From an uncultured Gammaproteobacteria bacterium (GTDB lineage Bacteria > Patescibacteriota > Patescibacteriia > Magasanikbacterales > GWA2-37-8): DNA of 64,000 bases. The stretch is taken from positions 20,677 through 84,676 of the forward strand of contig CAYZGX010000002.1 of NCBI GenBank assembly GCA_964478235.1, written 5' to 3'. The position numbers and the translations under genes were made by a program. The notes beneath the pieces are model-generated. The model was not told where the DNA came from, ran no database searches, and saw only the letters and a list, made by a program, of their open reading frames with translations. Positions 10,366-18,912 of the stretch are shown in pieces (within the stretch, counting starts at the first letter, position 1; the number at the start of each line of letters is the position of its first letter).

Positions 10366-11247
10366 TTTGCGCTGTTTAGTTGGTGCGTAGTGAACGGCGT
10401 CAATTTTGATAATAAGACCGCTTAATTCCAAGGTAGTGAGCGTGCCAAGGAGGAGGGTATTAGACAAGTGGGTGAGCGTGGTAAGTTCATCGATTGTTCG
10501 GGGCATAATGGTGATTTCGGTCAGAACGATCTGCTCGGTTTCGGATAATGACAAGACCGGAGTGTTTACTTCTTGAATCACTGTGAGATGAAATAGTTCT
10601 AAAACATCTTCCACACTGGTAATAATAGAGGCTCCGCGTTTAATAAGGCTATTGCAACCTCGACCATAGAGCGAGGTAGTGGGGTGGGGCACAGCCATCA
10701 CTTCACGACCATATTCGAGAGCGTGGTAGGCGGTGATGAGTGCGCCGGATTTTTCGGGTGCTTCGACTACCAGCGTGCCGTGGGTAAGGCCAGCAATAAT
10801 TCGATTGCGAGCAGGGAAGGAGTATTGGGTGGGCCTAAAACCTTCTGGATATTCGCTCATAAGCGCTCCGCCAGAAGCAATAATTGTGTCAGCCAAGCCT
10901 CGGTGTGAGGCTGGATACACTGTGTGTTCATCAACTCCAGAGCCAAGAACAGCGAGCGTGGTTCCGCCGGCACGCAGGACCGCTTCGTGTACTTTACCAT
11001 CAATGCCGAGAGCCAGACCGCTCACGACCACCACTCCAATCCGAGCCAGTTCAAAAGACAACATTTCGGCCATATAGATACCATACGGGGTGGGGCGACG
11101 AGTGCCGACAATAGCAATATGCGGACGAGCGTCATCGGGCAGTGCTCCACGCACAAAAAGAGTATCCGGCGGACTGTGTATTTCGGCTAAACGGAGTGGG
11201 TAGTCGGTGTCGGAGCTCTGAATAGTGCGAATGTCTTCATGAGGCAT
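10363..11247 (-). CDS. dprA: DNA processing protein DprA/Smf
   Basis: Rossmann-like DprA motifs IAIVGTRRPTPYG and GLALGIDG, ending in EAPEKSGALITA. Confidence 0.85.
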   Translation of the reverse strand: MPHEDIRTIQSSDTDYPLRLAEIHSPPDTLFVRGALPDDARPHIAIVGTRRPTPYGIYMAEMLSFELARIGVVVVSGLALGIDGKVHEAVLRAGGTTLAVLGSGVDEHTVYPASHRGLADTIIASGGALMSEYPEGFRPTQYSFPARNRIIAGLTHGTLVVEAPEKSGALITAYHALEYGREVMAVPHPTTSLYGRGCNSLIKRGASIITSVEDVLELFHLTVIQEVNTPVLSLSETEQIVLTEITIMPRTIDELTTLTHLSNTLLLGTLTTLELSGLIIKIDAVHYAPTKQRK

Positions 11248-11300
11248 ATAAAAAAAGATAGACTATTGTCGTAGTCTATCAGGCGGGAGATAAAGAAAAG

Positions 11301-11831
11301 TTAAAGTAGTTGGCGAAGGTTATCAATAGCGTGATTGAAGATCTCGGATAGATGTTGCTGTTCTTCTTTGGTAAACTTCCCAAGAACAAAGTCAGCCGTG
11401 TCAGCAATAGGAGTTTCTTTGGGAGCAACACCAATGCGGAAACGAGTGAAATCGTTGGTACCAACTTTATCAATAATGGATTTCACACCATTATGACCAG
11501 CGGCGCCGCGAGCACTTTGAATGCGGATAGTGCCTAAAGGAATATCTTTATCGTCGTGAATAACAATGAGATCTTTTGGGGTGAGTTTGTAATAGGAGAG
11601 GAGGGCTTGAACAGCGTCACCAGAATTATTCATGAAAGTTTGCGGCTTCGCCAAGACAACGCGCTTGTCATAGAGTGCGGTTTTACAAATTTCGGCATGA
11701 TTTTTTCTATCCGGAGTGAACTGCTCTTCTTCGGTCATAGAGAGAATTCTGTCGAGCGTCAAAAAACCAACATTGTGACGGGTGAACATGTATTCTCTGC
11801 CAGGATTGCCAAGACCGACAATAAGTTTCAT
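11301..11831 (-). CDS. pth: Peptidyl-tRNA hydrolase
   Basis: MKLIVGLGNPG...TRHNVGF signature. Confidence 0.9.
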   Translation of the reverse strand: MKLIVGLGNPGREYMFTRHNVGFLTLDRILSMTEEEQFTPDRKNHAEICKTALYDKRVVLAKPQTFMNNSGDAVQALLSYYKLTPKDLIVIHDDKDIPLGTIRIQSARGAAGHNGVKSIIDKVGTNDFTRFRIGVAPKETPIADTADFVLGKFTKEEQQHLSEIFNHAIDNLRQLL

Positions 11832-11843
11832 ACAAATAAGACG

Positions 11844-13238
11844 TTAGTCTTTTGGGGCGTAGGTATGATGTTTGAGTTTGCTGAGCTTCATGACGATTGG
11901 AGCGGCAAAGAAGCCGAATTCAGCACGGAGACGATTAGCTACGAAGTGTACATAGGACATGTGCACCGAAGTGTTGGATTTGATAACCATTTCAAACATT
12001 GGCGGATTAAAACCAAGTTGATTGAGGGCGACCACGCGAGGGTGGCGAACACCGCGGTCTTTGGTTGGGAGTTTTTTGCGGAGAGTGCGTTTCAAGAAGT
12101 CTTTCAAAACCAATTCATCAACGACGATCTGACGACCTTCCCAGGCTTGTTTGATGAGTGGATAAATTTGGTGTACACGGTATTCGGTTTTGGCACTGAC
12201 AAATACCACTGGGGCATAGTCGAGGTGGGGGAACGAAACCAAAATATCTTTTTTAACATTATTGCGGAATTCATCACTATTGTCGTCGGCCTGATCCCAT
12301 TTGTTGACTACGATAATCACACTGCGAGTGTGCTCGCGGAGTAAGCCGGCTAATTGCTGGTCTTGATCGGAAATTGGTTCGGTAGCATCGAGTACGAGTA
12401 GAACGATGTCGGATTTGTTTACCGTCGCAATACTTTTGCTAATACCCATTTTTTCGAGTTCGCCGGATACTTTTGTTTTTCGGCGGATACCAGCGGTGTC
12501 AACGAAGAGAATGTGCTGACCGTCAACTTCAACGAGCGTATCGTGTGGTTCGCGAGTCGTATGTGGCATATCACTTACAATAACACGATCTTCACCGATG
12601 AGTTTGTTGAAGAGAGATGATTTACCAACATTTGGTTTGCCCATGATGGACACCTTGATAAGCGAGATATCATCTTTGATAGCCTTAGGTCGGCGTTTTG
12701 TTTTATTGAGTTGTTTGAAAACCAAATCAAGCACGTCGCCGATGTTGCTACCATTGGCTGCTGAAGTTGGGGTTGGAGCACCAAAACCAAGCTTCATCCA
12801 TTCCTTGTTATACACTTCAGTGTGCAAAGCGATGGTGTCGGCTTTGTTGGCTACCAAGAGAACCGGTTTTTTATCAACATTTTTCTTGAGGCGTCGAGCG
12901 AGCTCGCGTTCTTGAGGGAGAATACCTGAGGTGATATCAATCACAAACACAATCACATCAGCTTCTTTGAGAGCAATTTCTGTTTGTTTAATAATATCGT
13001 CTTCGAGCGGAACTTCTTCAGAAAAAGTGAGACCGCCGGTATCAATCATGCGGAATTGTTTACCGCGCCAGGTAGCAATCGCAACATTGCGAGTGCGGGT
13101 GGTACCAGGGATGTCGGAAACGAGGGCTAAATTTTGCTCAATAATTTTATTGAAAAGAGATGATTTACCAACATTAACACGGCCAACCAGAGCAACGGTA
13201 GGAAGGTTATTATCAATAATTGTAGCAGGTGTGGCCAT
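11844..13238 (-). CDS. der: Ribosome-associated GTPase Der/EngA
   Basis: Two tandem G domains (GRVNVGKSSLFN and GKPNVGKSSLFN) plus a KH-like C-terminus. Confidence 0.9.
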   Translation of the reverse strand: MATPATIIDNNLPTVALVGRVNVGKSSLFNKIIEQNLALVSDIPGTTRTRNVAIATWRGKQFRMIDTGGLTFSEEVPLEDDIIKQTEIALKEADVIVFVIDITSGILPQERELARRLKKNVDKKPVLLVANKADTIALHTEVYNKEWMKLGFGAPTPTSAANGSNIGDVLDLVFKQLNKTKRRPKAIKDDISLIKVSIMGKPNVGKSSLFNKLIGEDRVIVSDMPHTTREPHDTLVEVDGQHILFVDTAGIRRKTKVSGELEKMGISKSIATVNKSDIVLLVLDATEPISDQDQQLAGLLREHTRSVIIVVNKWDQADDNSDEFRNNVKKDILVSFPHLDYAPVVFVSAKTEYRVHQIYPLIKQAWEGRQIVVDELVLKDFLKRTLRKKLPTKDRGVRHPRVVALNQLGFNPPMFEMVIKSNTSVHMSYVHFVANRLRAEFGFFAAPIVMKLSKLKHHTYAPKD

Positions 13239-13247
13239 AATAGAGTT

Positions 13248-14705
13248 TTATTCTTTGGTGTCTGCGCCCAAGATAACAAGGACATCAGCTTCTTGGTTGT
13301 ATTTCATACCTGATTCGTCTTCGGTCGTCTCAGGGTTATTGTATCCAATGAGGAGCCAATCAGGCAAAACGGTGAGAACCGGCGCTTTGAGCTGATCGCT
13401 CAGAGCTTTGGTTGAAGCTCGAGAAACCGCTGGATTTAGCAAATAAATGGCTGTTTTCTCAATTGGGCGTTTTAAACTGTTCCCCACCGTTATAACAGAA
13501 AAACCCTTTTCTTGCAACCGTTCACGCATTCTAGCAGCCAAACCGACCCGCCAGGTGCCATTTTGAAGCTCCACCTTAAAGTTGGAATATACCACTGTCC
13601 CAGGGGTAGAAGTGGCTGGTTTTGGGTAGATTAAAGCTGGGGTGACCGCCAAAGAAGGGGTAGAAGTAGAGCTGAAAATACCAGCAATGGCAGTGTTGAC
13701 GTTGGTGTAGTCGCCAGTCTTTGGGAAGAGGAGAAATGCTCCACTCTCGCCGGTGGTGCTCACCAAAAAACCAGCTGGAGAGTTATCAAGCACGAGATTT
13801 TTTGGTGAAGAGCCAAACTCGCCGGCCATGCGTGCAAGAGAGGTCAACTCAGTGATACTTAGATTAGTGGTGACATGAGCTTTGAGCGAACTTAAAATTT
13901 GTTGGATGGTGAGTGGGTTAGTGTAAGTACCAGCGGACAGAAGCTTTTGTTTGAGCGACAGGATTACCAGCTGTTGGCGACGAGCGCGAGCAAAGTCACC
14001 GCCTTCACCGTTGTTGCCGTGGCGTGAGCGGGCAAAGGTGAGGGCTGTTTCGCCGTTCATCGTTTGCGGACCAGCTTCAAAACGAACAGTGCGGAAACTA
14101 AAATTTTCTCCAGGGAATTGTGTATCAGTAAAGGTGGTTGGCACGTTGACCTGCACTCCACCGACCGCATCAATCATATCGGTAAACGCTTTGAAATCCA
14201 CGCGAATATAATAGGGGATAGGTTGGTCAAAGGTTTTTTCAAATACTTGGCGAGCAAATTCACCGCCCTGACCTGGCGACTGTGCTTCGCCGTAGGCCCC
14301 AGCGTAGTTAATTTTTCGGACACCTTGGTTAGGAATAGTGACGCCCAAATCACGAGGGATAGAGATCATTGCCACTTCTTTGGTGGACGGTTTAATGCTG
14401 AGAATTAGGTTGGTATCGGTGAGATAGGGACCGTCATGACCAGCACCACCCATGCCAAGAAGTAGAATATTAATTCTATCTTCAGCTTGTCCTTGGAGAG
14501 ATGGTTCATCGGCAAAAATAAAGTTTTTGACCGTTTGAAGCAAGCCTTGTTCGCGAGGGTGCAAAGTGACGCCGGCAATAGTGAACGAAGATAAAGCTGA
14601 CCAAAAAAGAGCGCATAATAAAAAAAGACCAGCAAAGAGACTGATGAAAATAAGCGGTCGTTTGGAAGATTTTTTGGGAAGTAAATTAACTGGTTCGTTA
14701 GTCAT
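13248..14705 (-). CDS. LytR-CpsA-Psr (LCP) family cell-envelope phosphotransferase
   Basis: N-terminal TM segment. LCP core motifs INILLLGMG...DTNLILSI...ISIPRDL. The start is set at MTNEPVNLL. Confidence 0.75.
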   Translation of the reverse strand: MTNEPVNLLPKKSSKRPLIFISLFAGLFLLCALFWSALSSFTIAGVTLHPREQGLLQTVKNFIFADEPSLQGQAEDRINILLLGMGGAGHDGPYLTDTNLILSIKPSTKEVAMISIPRDLGVTIPNQGVRKINYAGAYGEAQSPGQGGEFARQVFEKTFDQPIPYYIRVDFKAFTDMIDAVGGVQVNVPTTFTDTQFPGENFSFRTVRFEAGPQTMNGETALTFARSRHGNNGEGGDFARARRQQLVILSLKQKLLSAGTYTNPLTIQQILSSLKAHVTTNLSITELTSLARMAGEFGSSPKNLVLDNSPAGFLVSTTGESGAFLLFPKTGDYTNVNTAIAGIFSSTSTPSLAVTPALIYPKPATSTPGTVVYSNFKVELQNGTWRVGLAARMRERLQEKGFSVITVGNSLKRPIEKTAIYLLNPAVSRASTKALSDQLKAPVLTVLPDWLLIGYNNPETTEDESGMKYNQEADVLVILGADTKE

Positions 14706-14835
14706 ACAGAAAAAAAGGACGTCGCAAGCATCGTTGTATAAGTATACCACAGTAAAGGTATAAATCAATCTTGGTTTTTTGTCGCCAGATATGCTATACT
14801 AAAGCCTAGTCTCTAGCTTTCTCAAAAAGAATAGT

Positions 14836-15339
14836 ATGCCAAAAGATCTTCTCAAAGAAAATGTGGCCACCGGACGGGTTGTCTATGAATGGTGGGTCAA
14901 AGAATACGAAAAAAGAGAGCGCTCCAAGCGCTGGTATATGATTGCTGCTATTAGTGTAGTGGGGCTTTTGGCGTACAGTCTTATTTCTCAAAATTATTTG
15001 TTTTCACTCATCGTCGTGTTATTTGGCATTATTGTCTATCTGCATGATATGCAGAATCCAATCGATGTTTATTTTGCTATCACCGAAGTAGGGGTTATTC
15101 TGGGTAAGAAATTTTATCGCTACAACGAACTTTCTACGTTTTGGATTATTTACAATCCGCCAGAGGTAAAAAATTTGTACTTTACCCTTAATAATATGGT
15201 AAAACATCGTTTACAAGTGCCTCTCCTTGATTATGATCCACGTCCGGTTCGTGACTATCTTAAAAAATTCCTCAAAGAAGATTTAGATCAAGAAGAAGAG
15301 CCGATGAGTGATCGCCTCGCTCGCACCTTTAAACTCTAG
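14836..15339 (+). CDS. Hypothetical membrane protein
   Basis: 167 aa with two hydrophobic helices. No recognisable motifs. Confidence 0.45.
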   Translation: MPKDLLKENVATGRVVYEWWVKEYEKRERSKRWYMIAAISVVGLLAYSLISQNYLFSLIVVLFGIIVYLHDMQNPIDVYFAITEVGVILGKKFYRYNELSTFWIIYNPPEVKNLYFTLNNMVKHRLQVPLLDYDPRPVRDYLKKFLKEDLDQEEEPMSDRLARTFKL

Positions 15340-15348
15340 AAGCCTACA

Positions 15349-15430
15349 GTAACAAACGCCATTGTAAGCGCAAAATCGTACCTACTGGACTTGACAAAAA
15401 CGGTACGAACGCTTACAATGGCGTTTGTTA
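15349..15430. repeat. Perfect 21-bp inverted repeat enclosing the tRNA-Arg promoter
   Basis: aacaaacgccattgtaagcg ... cgcttacaatggcgtttgtt. The right arm overlaps the -10 hexamer. Confidence 0.6.
15391..15419 (+). promoter_or_regulatory. Sigma70-type promoter of tRNA-Arg
   Basis: TTGACA, a 17-bp spacer, then TACAAT, about 21 nt upstream of the mature tRNA 5' end. Confidence 0.6.
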
Positions 15431-15440
15431 TCTAGCCCCT

Positions 15441-15512
15441 GCACTCATCGTTCAATGGATAGGACATTGGCCTGCGAAGCCGAAAATTTAGGTTCGACTC
15501 CTAATGAGTGCA
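15441..15512 (+). tRNA. tRNA-Arg, anticodon GCG by manual fold
   Basis: Acceptor GCACTCA/TGAGTGC, D-arm GTTC-AATGGATA-GGAC with A20, anticodon stem TTGGC/GCCGA, loop CTGCGAA, T-arm TTAGG-TTCGACT-CCTAA, discriminator A. Confidence 0.7.
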
Positions 15513-15594
15513 CAAACTCCGAGCCTGTTGAACAGGCTCAGCTCATCGAAAAACGGCGCTAACCTGCGCTGTTTTTCGTTTCACGAGCGTCGTT

Positions 15595-17052
15595 CTAGGC
15601 GGACGTGGTCCCGTCCCGAAGAGATTTCGAACCTTCGAGCAGTCCGCGAATCACGGGAGTGAGTCGAAGTGTCGGCTTCAGGCTCGACAGGTCGACGCGC
15701 TCAACCACGGTGGCGATCACCTCTCGGCGTTCGACCGGGTCAGTCGAGTTCTTGAGGGTGGTATCGAGACGCTCGAGTACCTGCTGCAGGCGGAGGTCGC
15801 CATCGCCAGGCTCTCGCTCGCGGCCGACCGCGAGTAGCCACTCGGTCGCGCGGATCTCGTCGCGGAGTTGCCGGCGGCGCTCCTCGTACTCGGATTCCTG
15901 CAGGTTCTGGTGGACGTAGGTCAGGGCGAGCGTCTTCAGTTCGCCATCGAGCCGTCGGCGTGCCGCTCGAAGCGCTCGGGTCCGTTCAGCCGAGTCCGCC
16001 CGTGCTGCCCGTCGAGCCGCTCGAATGCGGCGTTTCAGCACCGGCAGCAGGCGTGAGGGGAGGGCGGTGGCGAGTAGTTCGGCGGCGACTTCGTCCTCGA
16101 CGTCACCAGCTCGGCGCGAGTTCCGGCAGGCCTTCTGGTGGCACCGGTAGTACCGGTGCACCCGGCCCGACTTCTTCTTGTGCTCCTCGCCGACGAGGAG
16201 CGATCCGCACTGCGGACAGGCAACCAGCCGCGACAGCGTGAACGAGAGGGTCTGTCGAGCGCGGGCAGAATTGCCCCGTTTCGCTCGAAACACTGCCTGG
16301 CACCGTTCGAACAGATCTCGCGACACGAGCGGCGCGTGGGTTCCGGCGTACGTCCCGCCGCCGGCGACCATCGTGCCAACGTAGAACGGATTCTGGAGGA
16401 TCCGGCACAGCTCGGTGTTCCGGACGCGGTTGTTGTGGGTCGAGACGAGCCCTGCTCTCCAGAGTTCCTCGGCGAGCTGCTCGGACGTGAGGGTGCCGGT
16501 CGCCCAGCGGTCGAAGGCCAGCTGGATGAACCGCGCTCGTGCTGGATCAGGTACCGCTCGACGTCGCTCCATCCGGTACCCGATCGGAGGCAGTGAAGCC
16601 CAGACGCCGCGTCGTAGACGCTCGTCGAGGCCTTTTTTGACTTCAGCCGCCAGGTTGGCGGAGTAGAATTCTGCTTGTGCAGCCATAATGTGTTCAATGA
16701 ACTCGCCCATGGGGGAGGCCTCGATGGTCTCGACGACCGAGAGAACGCGGACGCCGACGGACCGGAGGCGTCCCTTGAGGACGAGATAGTTAAAGGTGTC
16801 GCGTGAAAGCCGGTCGAGCTTGTGGACGAGGAGTCCGTCGATCGACCGGTCACCGGTGGCCGCCTGGACGGCGGCCATGAGCCCCGGCCGATCCCTGAGG
16901 GAGCGCGCCGAGGCGATGTCTTGGAACCGACCTGCGACCGTGAGGTCGTGGTCCTTGGCGTAGTGTTCCATGAGGTGGAACTGCGCCGACAGCGAGAGCT
17001 CGCGGTCCGCCTGACGGGCGGTCGAGACGCGAGCGTAGAGGAGGATAGCCAT
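15595..17052 (-). CDS. Large serine recombinase (resolvase/integrase family)
   Basis: N-terminal catalytic domain (LYARVSTARQ with the catalytic Ser), a recombinase domain, a Cys4 zinc ribbon (CPQC...CHQKAC) and a C-terminal coiled coil. The gene is about 64% GC. Confidence 0.85.
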   Translation of the reverse strand: MAILLYARVSTARQADRELSLSAQFHLMEHYAKDHDLTVAGRFQDIASARSLRDRPGLMAAVQAATGDRSIDGLLVHKLDRLSRDTFNYLVLKGRLRSVGVRVLSVVETIEASPMGEFIEHIMAAQAEFYSANLAAEVKKGLDERLRRGVWASLPPIGYRMERRRAVPDPARARFIQLAFDRWATGTLTSEQLAEELWRAGLVSTHNNRVRNTELCRILQNPFYVGTMVAGGGTYAGTHAPLVSRDLFERCQAVFRAKRGNSARARQTLSFTLSRLVACPQCGSLLVGEEHKKKSGRVHRYYRCHQKACRNSRRAGDVEDEVAAELLATALPSRLLPVLKRRIRAARRAARADSAERTRALRAARRRLDGELKTLALTYVHQNLQESEYEERRRQLRDEIRATEWLLAVGREREPGDGDLRLQQVLERLDTTLKNSTDPVERREVIATVVERVDLSSLKPTLRLTPVIRGLLEGSKSLRDGTTSA

Positions 17053-17108
17053 ACGCGTTGGTTAGTGAGTGACGTAGGTATCCTGACAGAGTAGGGTAGC
17101 AGGTGACG

Positions 17109-17146
17109 AGAGTCCCGTCGCCGGTGCAAACCGGCACGTTTGTGCC
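17109..17146. repeat. Direct repeat DR1 (38 bp) upstream of the cargo gene, in the divergent promoter region
   Basis: gagtcccgtcgccggtgcaaaccggcacgtttgtgcc; 33 of 37 positions are identical to DR2. Confidence 0.7.
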
Positions 17147-17210
17147 TCTTTGCGCCATTGTCGGCTTCGGGGTGTCATGGTACGCTACGAGAATCCAGAA
17201 GGGGACCTAT

Positions 17211-18713
17211 ATGCCAAAAAAACAGAAAAAATTACTCATCTACTTCTCAGACTATTTCGACGTGGATCCGAAGACGATCCTCGAGTTTGGCGCGTTCAAC
17301 GTCTCCCTCATCAATGACCTCCCTCTATTTATCGATCCGTTTCTCCTGTTTAGCAGCGAGTCGGAGGAATACCGGACCCTGCACGCTGACATCATTCGCT
17401 ACGTCTCCTTTCTGCGAGACAAGGCAGCAACCGGGACGCTGCCGCCGGGCAACCTGAAGGCATGGTTCATGTTTCCCGAGGTCAAGCAGACGTGGCTTGG
17501 CTTCTCTCGGGTCGGCAACTCGGGCTCGGGGCTCGGAATGAACTTCGCCCAGGCTCTCTGCCGGAATCTTCACGCACTCTTTCAGGACTTCGGCGCAGAG
17601 AGTGTCACGAAGAGTAGCCACCTCGAAAAGCTCTGTCTGATCGACGATGGTGTTGGCCGCGACAATATCAGCGACTTCACAACTAACCTGATCAAGAAGT
17701 TCCTGCTCACCTACACGCAGGAGTTCGCGCAGACAAAGCTCAAGCCACACCAAAGGAAGGCGTTTCGAGTCCCCAAGGTCGAGTTCGACTATGACACGGA
17801 GACCTGGAGCCCCCGCACGTTTGTGCTCCCGTGCGTCGAAAACGACTTCGTCGTCCTGACGCCGCGTGACCTCCTCACGAAGGATGAAACTTGGATCAAC
17901 CGGACGGACCTCTACGAACAGTTCGACGACATCGTGCAGGCGGTGCCGGACGATCAGCTTCGCGCGCAGATCAACAACTATCTTGTGTCGAAGTTGCCAA
18001 AGCGAGGGCGAAAGGACAAGGAGCCGACCCAAAAGGAACGCCGTCTCGCTGTCGCGCTCGTCCTTCAGAAATATCCCACGCTGCTCGATTACTACCTTCG
18101 CCACAAAGAGGACAGCGGCGATGAGGCCGAGGCAATCTCTGAGCGTCGAGTCGACGAATCCGAGACTGTTTTCATCAAGGGAGTGCTGAGATTCGTGGAG
18201 CAATTGTCTCAGGAAACGCAGTTCTATGAGACGAGCGATAGCTCGCATGCTGAGGCGAGGAAGCGCGTCTTGTTTCTGAAGGACGTCATCGAGAACATGG
18301 ATGGCTACCGCCTCTTCTACGGGGCCAACAGGAAGCCAGTGCGTCGAGAGGCCGATGTCCATCTCCTGTTTCGACTCACCTGGTACGCGACTTTGCAGGA
18401 TGTAAATCGAGAGGTGAACAATGGGCGTGGGCCAGTCGACTTCAAGGTCTCGCGCGGCGCTCGAAACGCCAGTCTCGTTGAGTTCAAACTAGCGTCGAAC
18501 AGTAAGCTCGAGTCCAACCTGGCGAATCAGGTCGAGATCTACAAGCGCGCTAGTGGAGCCGAGCATGCGCTTAAAGTCATCGTGTACTTCACGCGATCTG
18601 AGCTCGCCAGGGTGAATCGGATTTTGAAGAAGCTCGAACTGCGCGAAGATCCAAACGTGATTCTGATTGATGCGCGTGGCGACAACAAACCGTCCGCATC
18701 CAAGGTTCGCTAA
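17211..18713 (+). CDS. Hypothetical 500-aa cargo protein with a C-terminal RecB-like PD-(D/E)xK nuclease motif set
   Basis: The start is at MPKKQKK (17211). The C-terminus carries GPVDFKV (D), LVEFKL (ExK) and QVEIY (QxxxY). The N-terminal 350 aa has no recognisable family. About 62% GC. Confidence 0.65.
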   Translation: MPKKQKKLLIYFSDYFDVDPKTILEFGAFNVSLINDLPLFIDPFLLFSSESEEYRTLHADIIRYVSFLRDKAATGTLPPGNLKAWFMFPEVKQTWLGFSRVGNSGSGLGMNFAQALCRNLHALFQDFGAESVTKSSHLEKLCLIDDGVGRDNISDFTTNLIKKFLLTYTQEFAQTKLKPHQRKAFRVPKVEFDYDTETWSPRTFVLPCVENDFVVLTPRDLLTKDETWINRTDLYEQFDDIVQAVPDDQLRAQINNYLVSKLPKRGRKDKEPTQKERRLAVALVLQKYPTLLDYYLRHKEDSGDEAEAISERRVDESETVFIKGVLRFVEQLSQETQFYETSDSSHAEARKRVLFLKDVIENMDGYRLFYGANRKPVRREADVHLLFRLTWYATLQDVNREVNNGRGPVDFKVSRGARNASLVEFKLASNSKLESNLANQVEIYKRASGAEHALKVIVYFTRSELARVNRILKKLELREDPNVILIDARGDNKPSASKVR

Positions 18714-18766
18714 TTCTGATGGATGAGTCGTGCCGCCTCGTCCGAACCACTTCTTAGCGAACGATA

Positions 18767-18804
18767 AGAGTCTCTTCGCCGGTGCAAAACGGCACGTTCG
18801 TGCC
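18767..18804. repeat. Direct repeat DR2 (38 bp) downstream of the cargo gene
   Basis: gagtctcttcgccggtgcaaaacggcacgttcgtgcc. Confidence 0.7.
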
Positions 18805-18867
18805 GGTGCCAACGTCGATTTCCGCTGAGGTTTGCGAAAGTGCAGTTCTAAGATAGTCCTCTCTTGT

Positions 18868-18912
18868 GCACGAAATAAAATACCCCCATTTATGGGGGTA
18901 TTTTATTTCGTG
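18868..18912. repeat. Perfect 20-bp-stem palindrome
   Basis: cacgaaataaaataccccca-ttta-tgggggtattttatttcgtg. Confidence 0.8.

Larger units (their letters stand above)
15513..18830. mobile_element. GC-rich (~64%) integrated element inserted at the 3' end of tRNA-Arg
   Basis: GC content jumps sharply right after the tRNA and falls back at about 18830. The region contains a large serine recombinase and a single cargo gene flanked by 38-bp direct repeats. Confidence 0.65.

Noticed and set aside
11556-12344. 262-aa plus-strand ORF antisense to der. Similar long antisense ORFs occur in dnaE (40663-41217), topA (7752-8165), clpC (28339-28938), recG and the recombinase cargo gene (17325-18362).
   Set aside because: All lie entirely within strongly supported genes on the opposite strand and lack motifs. 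They are typical antisense artefacts.
16035-17129. 364-aa ORF on another frame of the minus strand overlapping the serine recombinase gene, with an Arg/Ser/Pro-rich product. There are also many 60-150-aa ORFs on both strands between 15.6 and 17.1 kb.
   Set aside because: Long stop-free frames are expected by chance in 64% GC DNA. The product is low-complexity. The recombinase frame alone shows conserved catalytic, zinc-ribbon and coiled-coil architecture.
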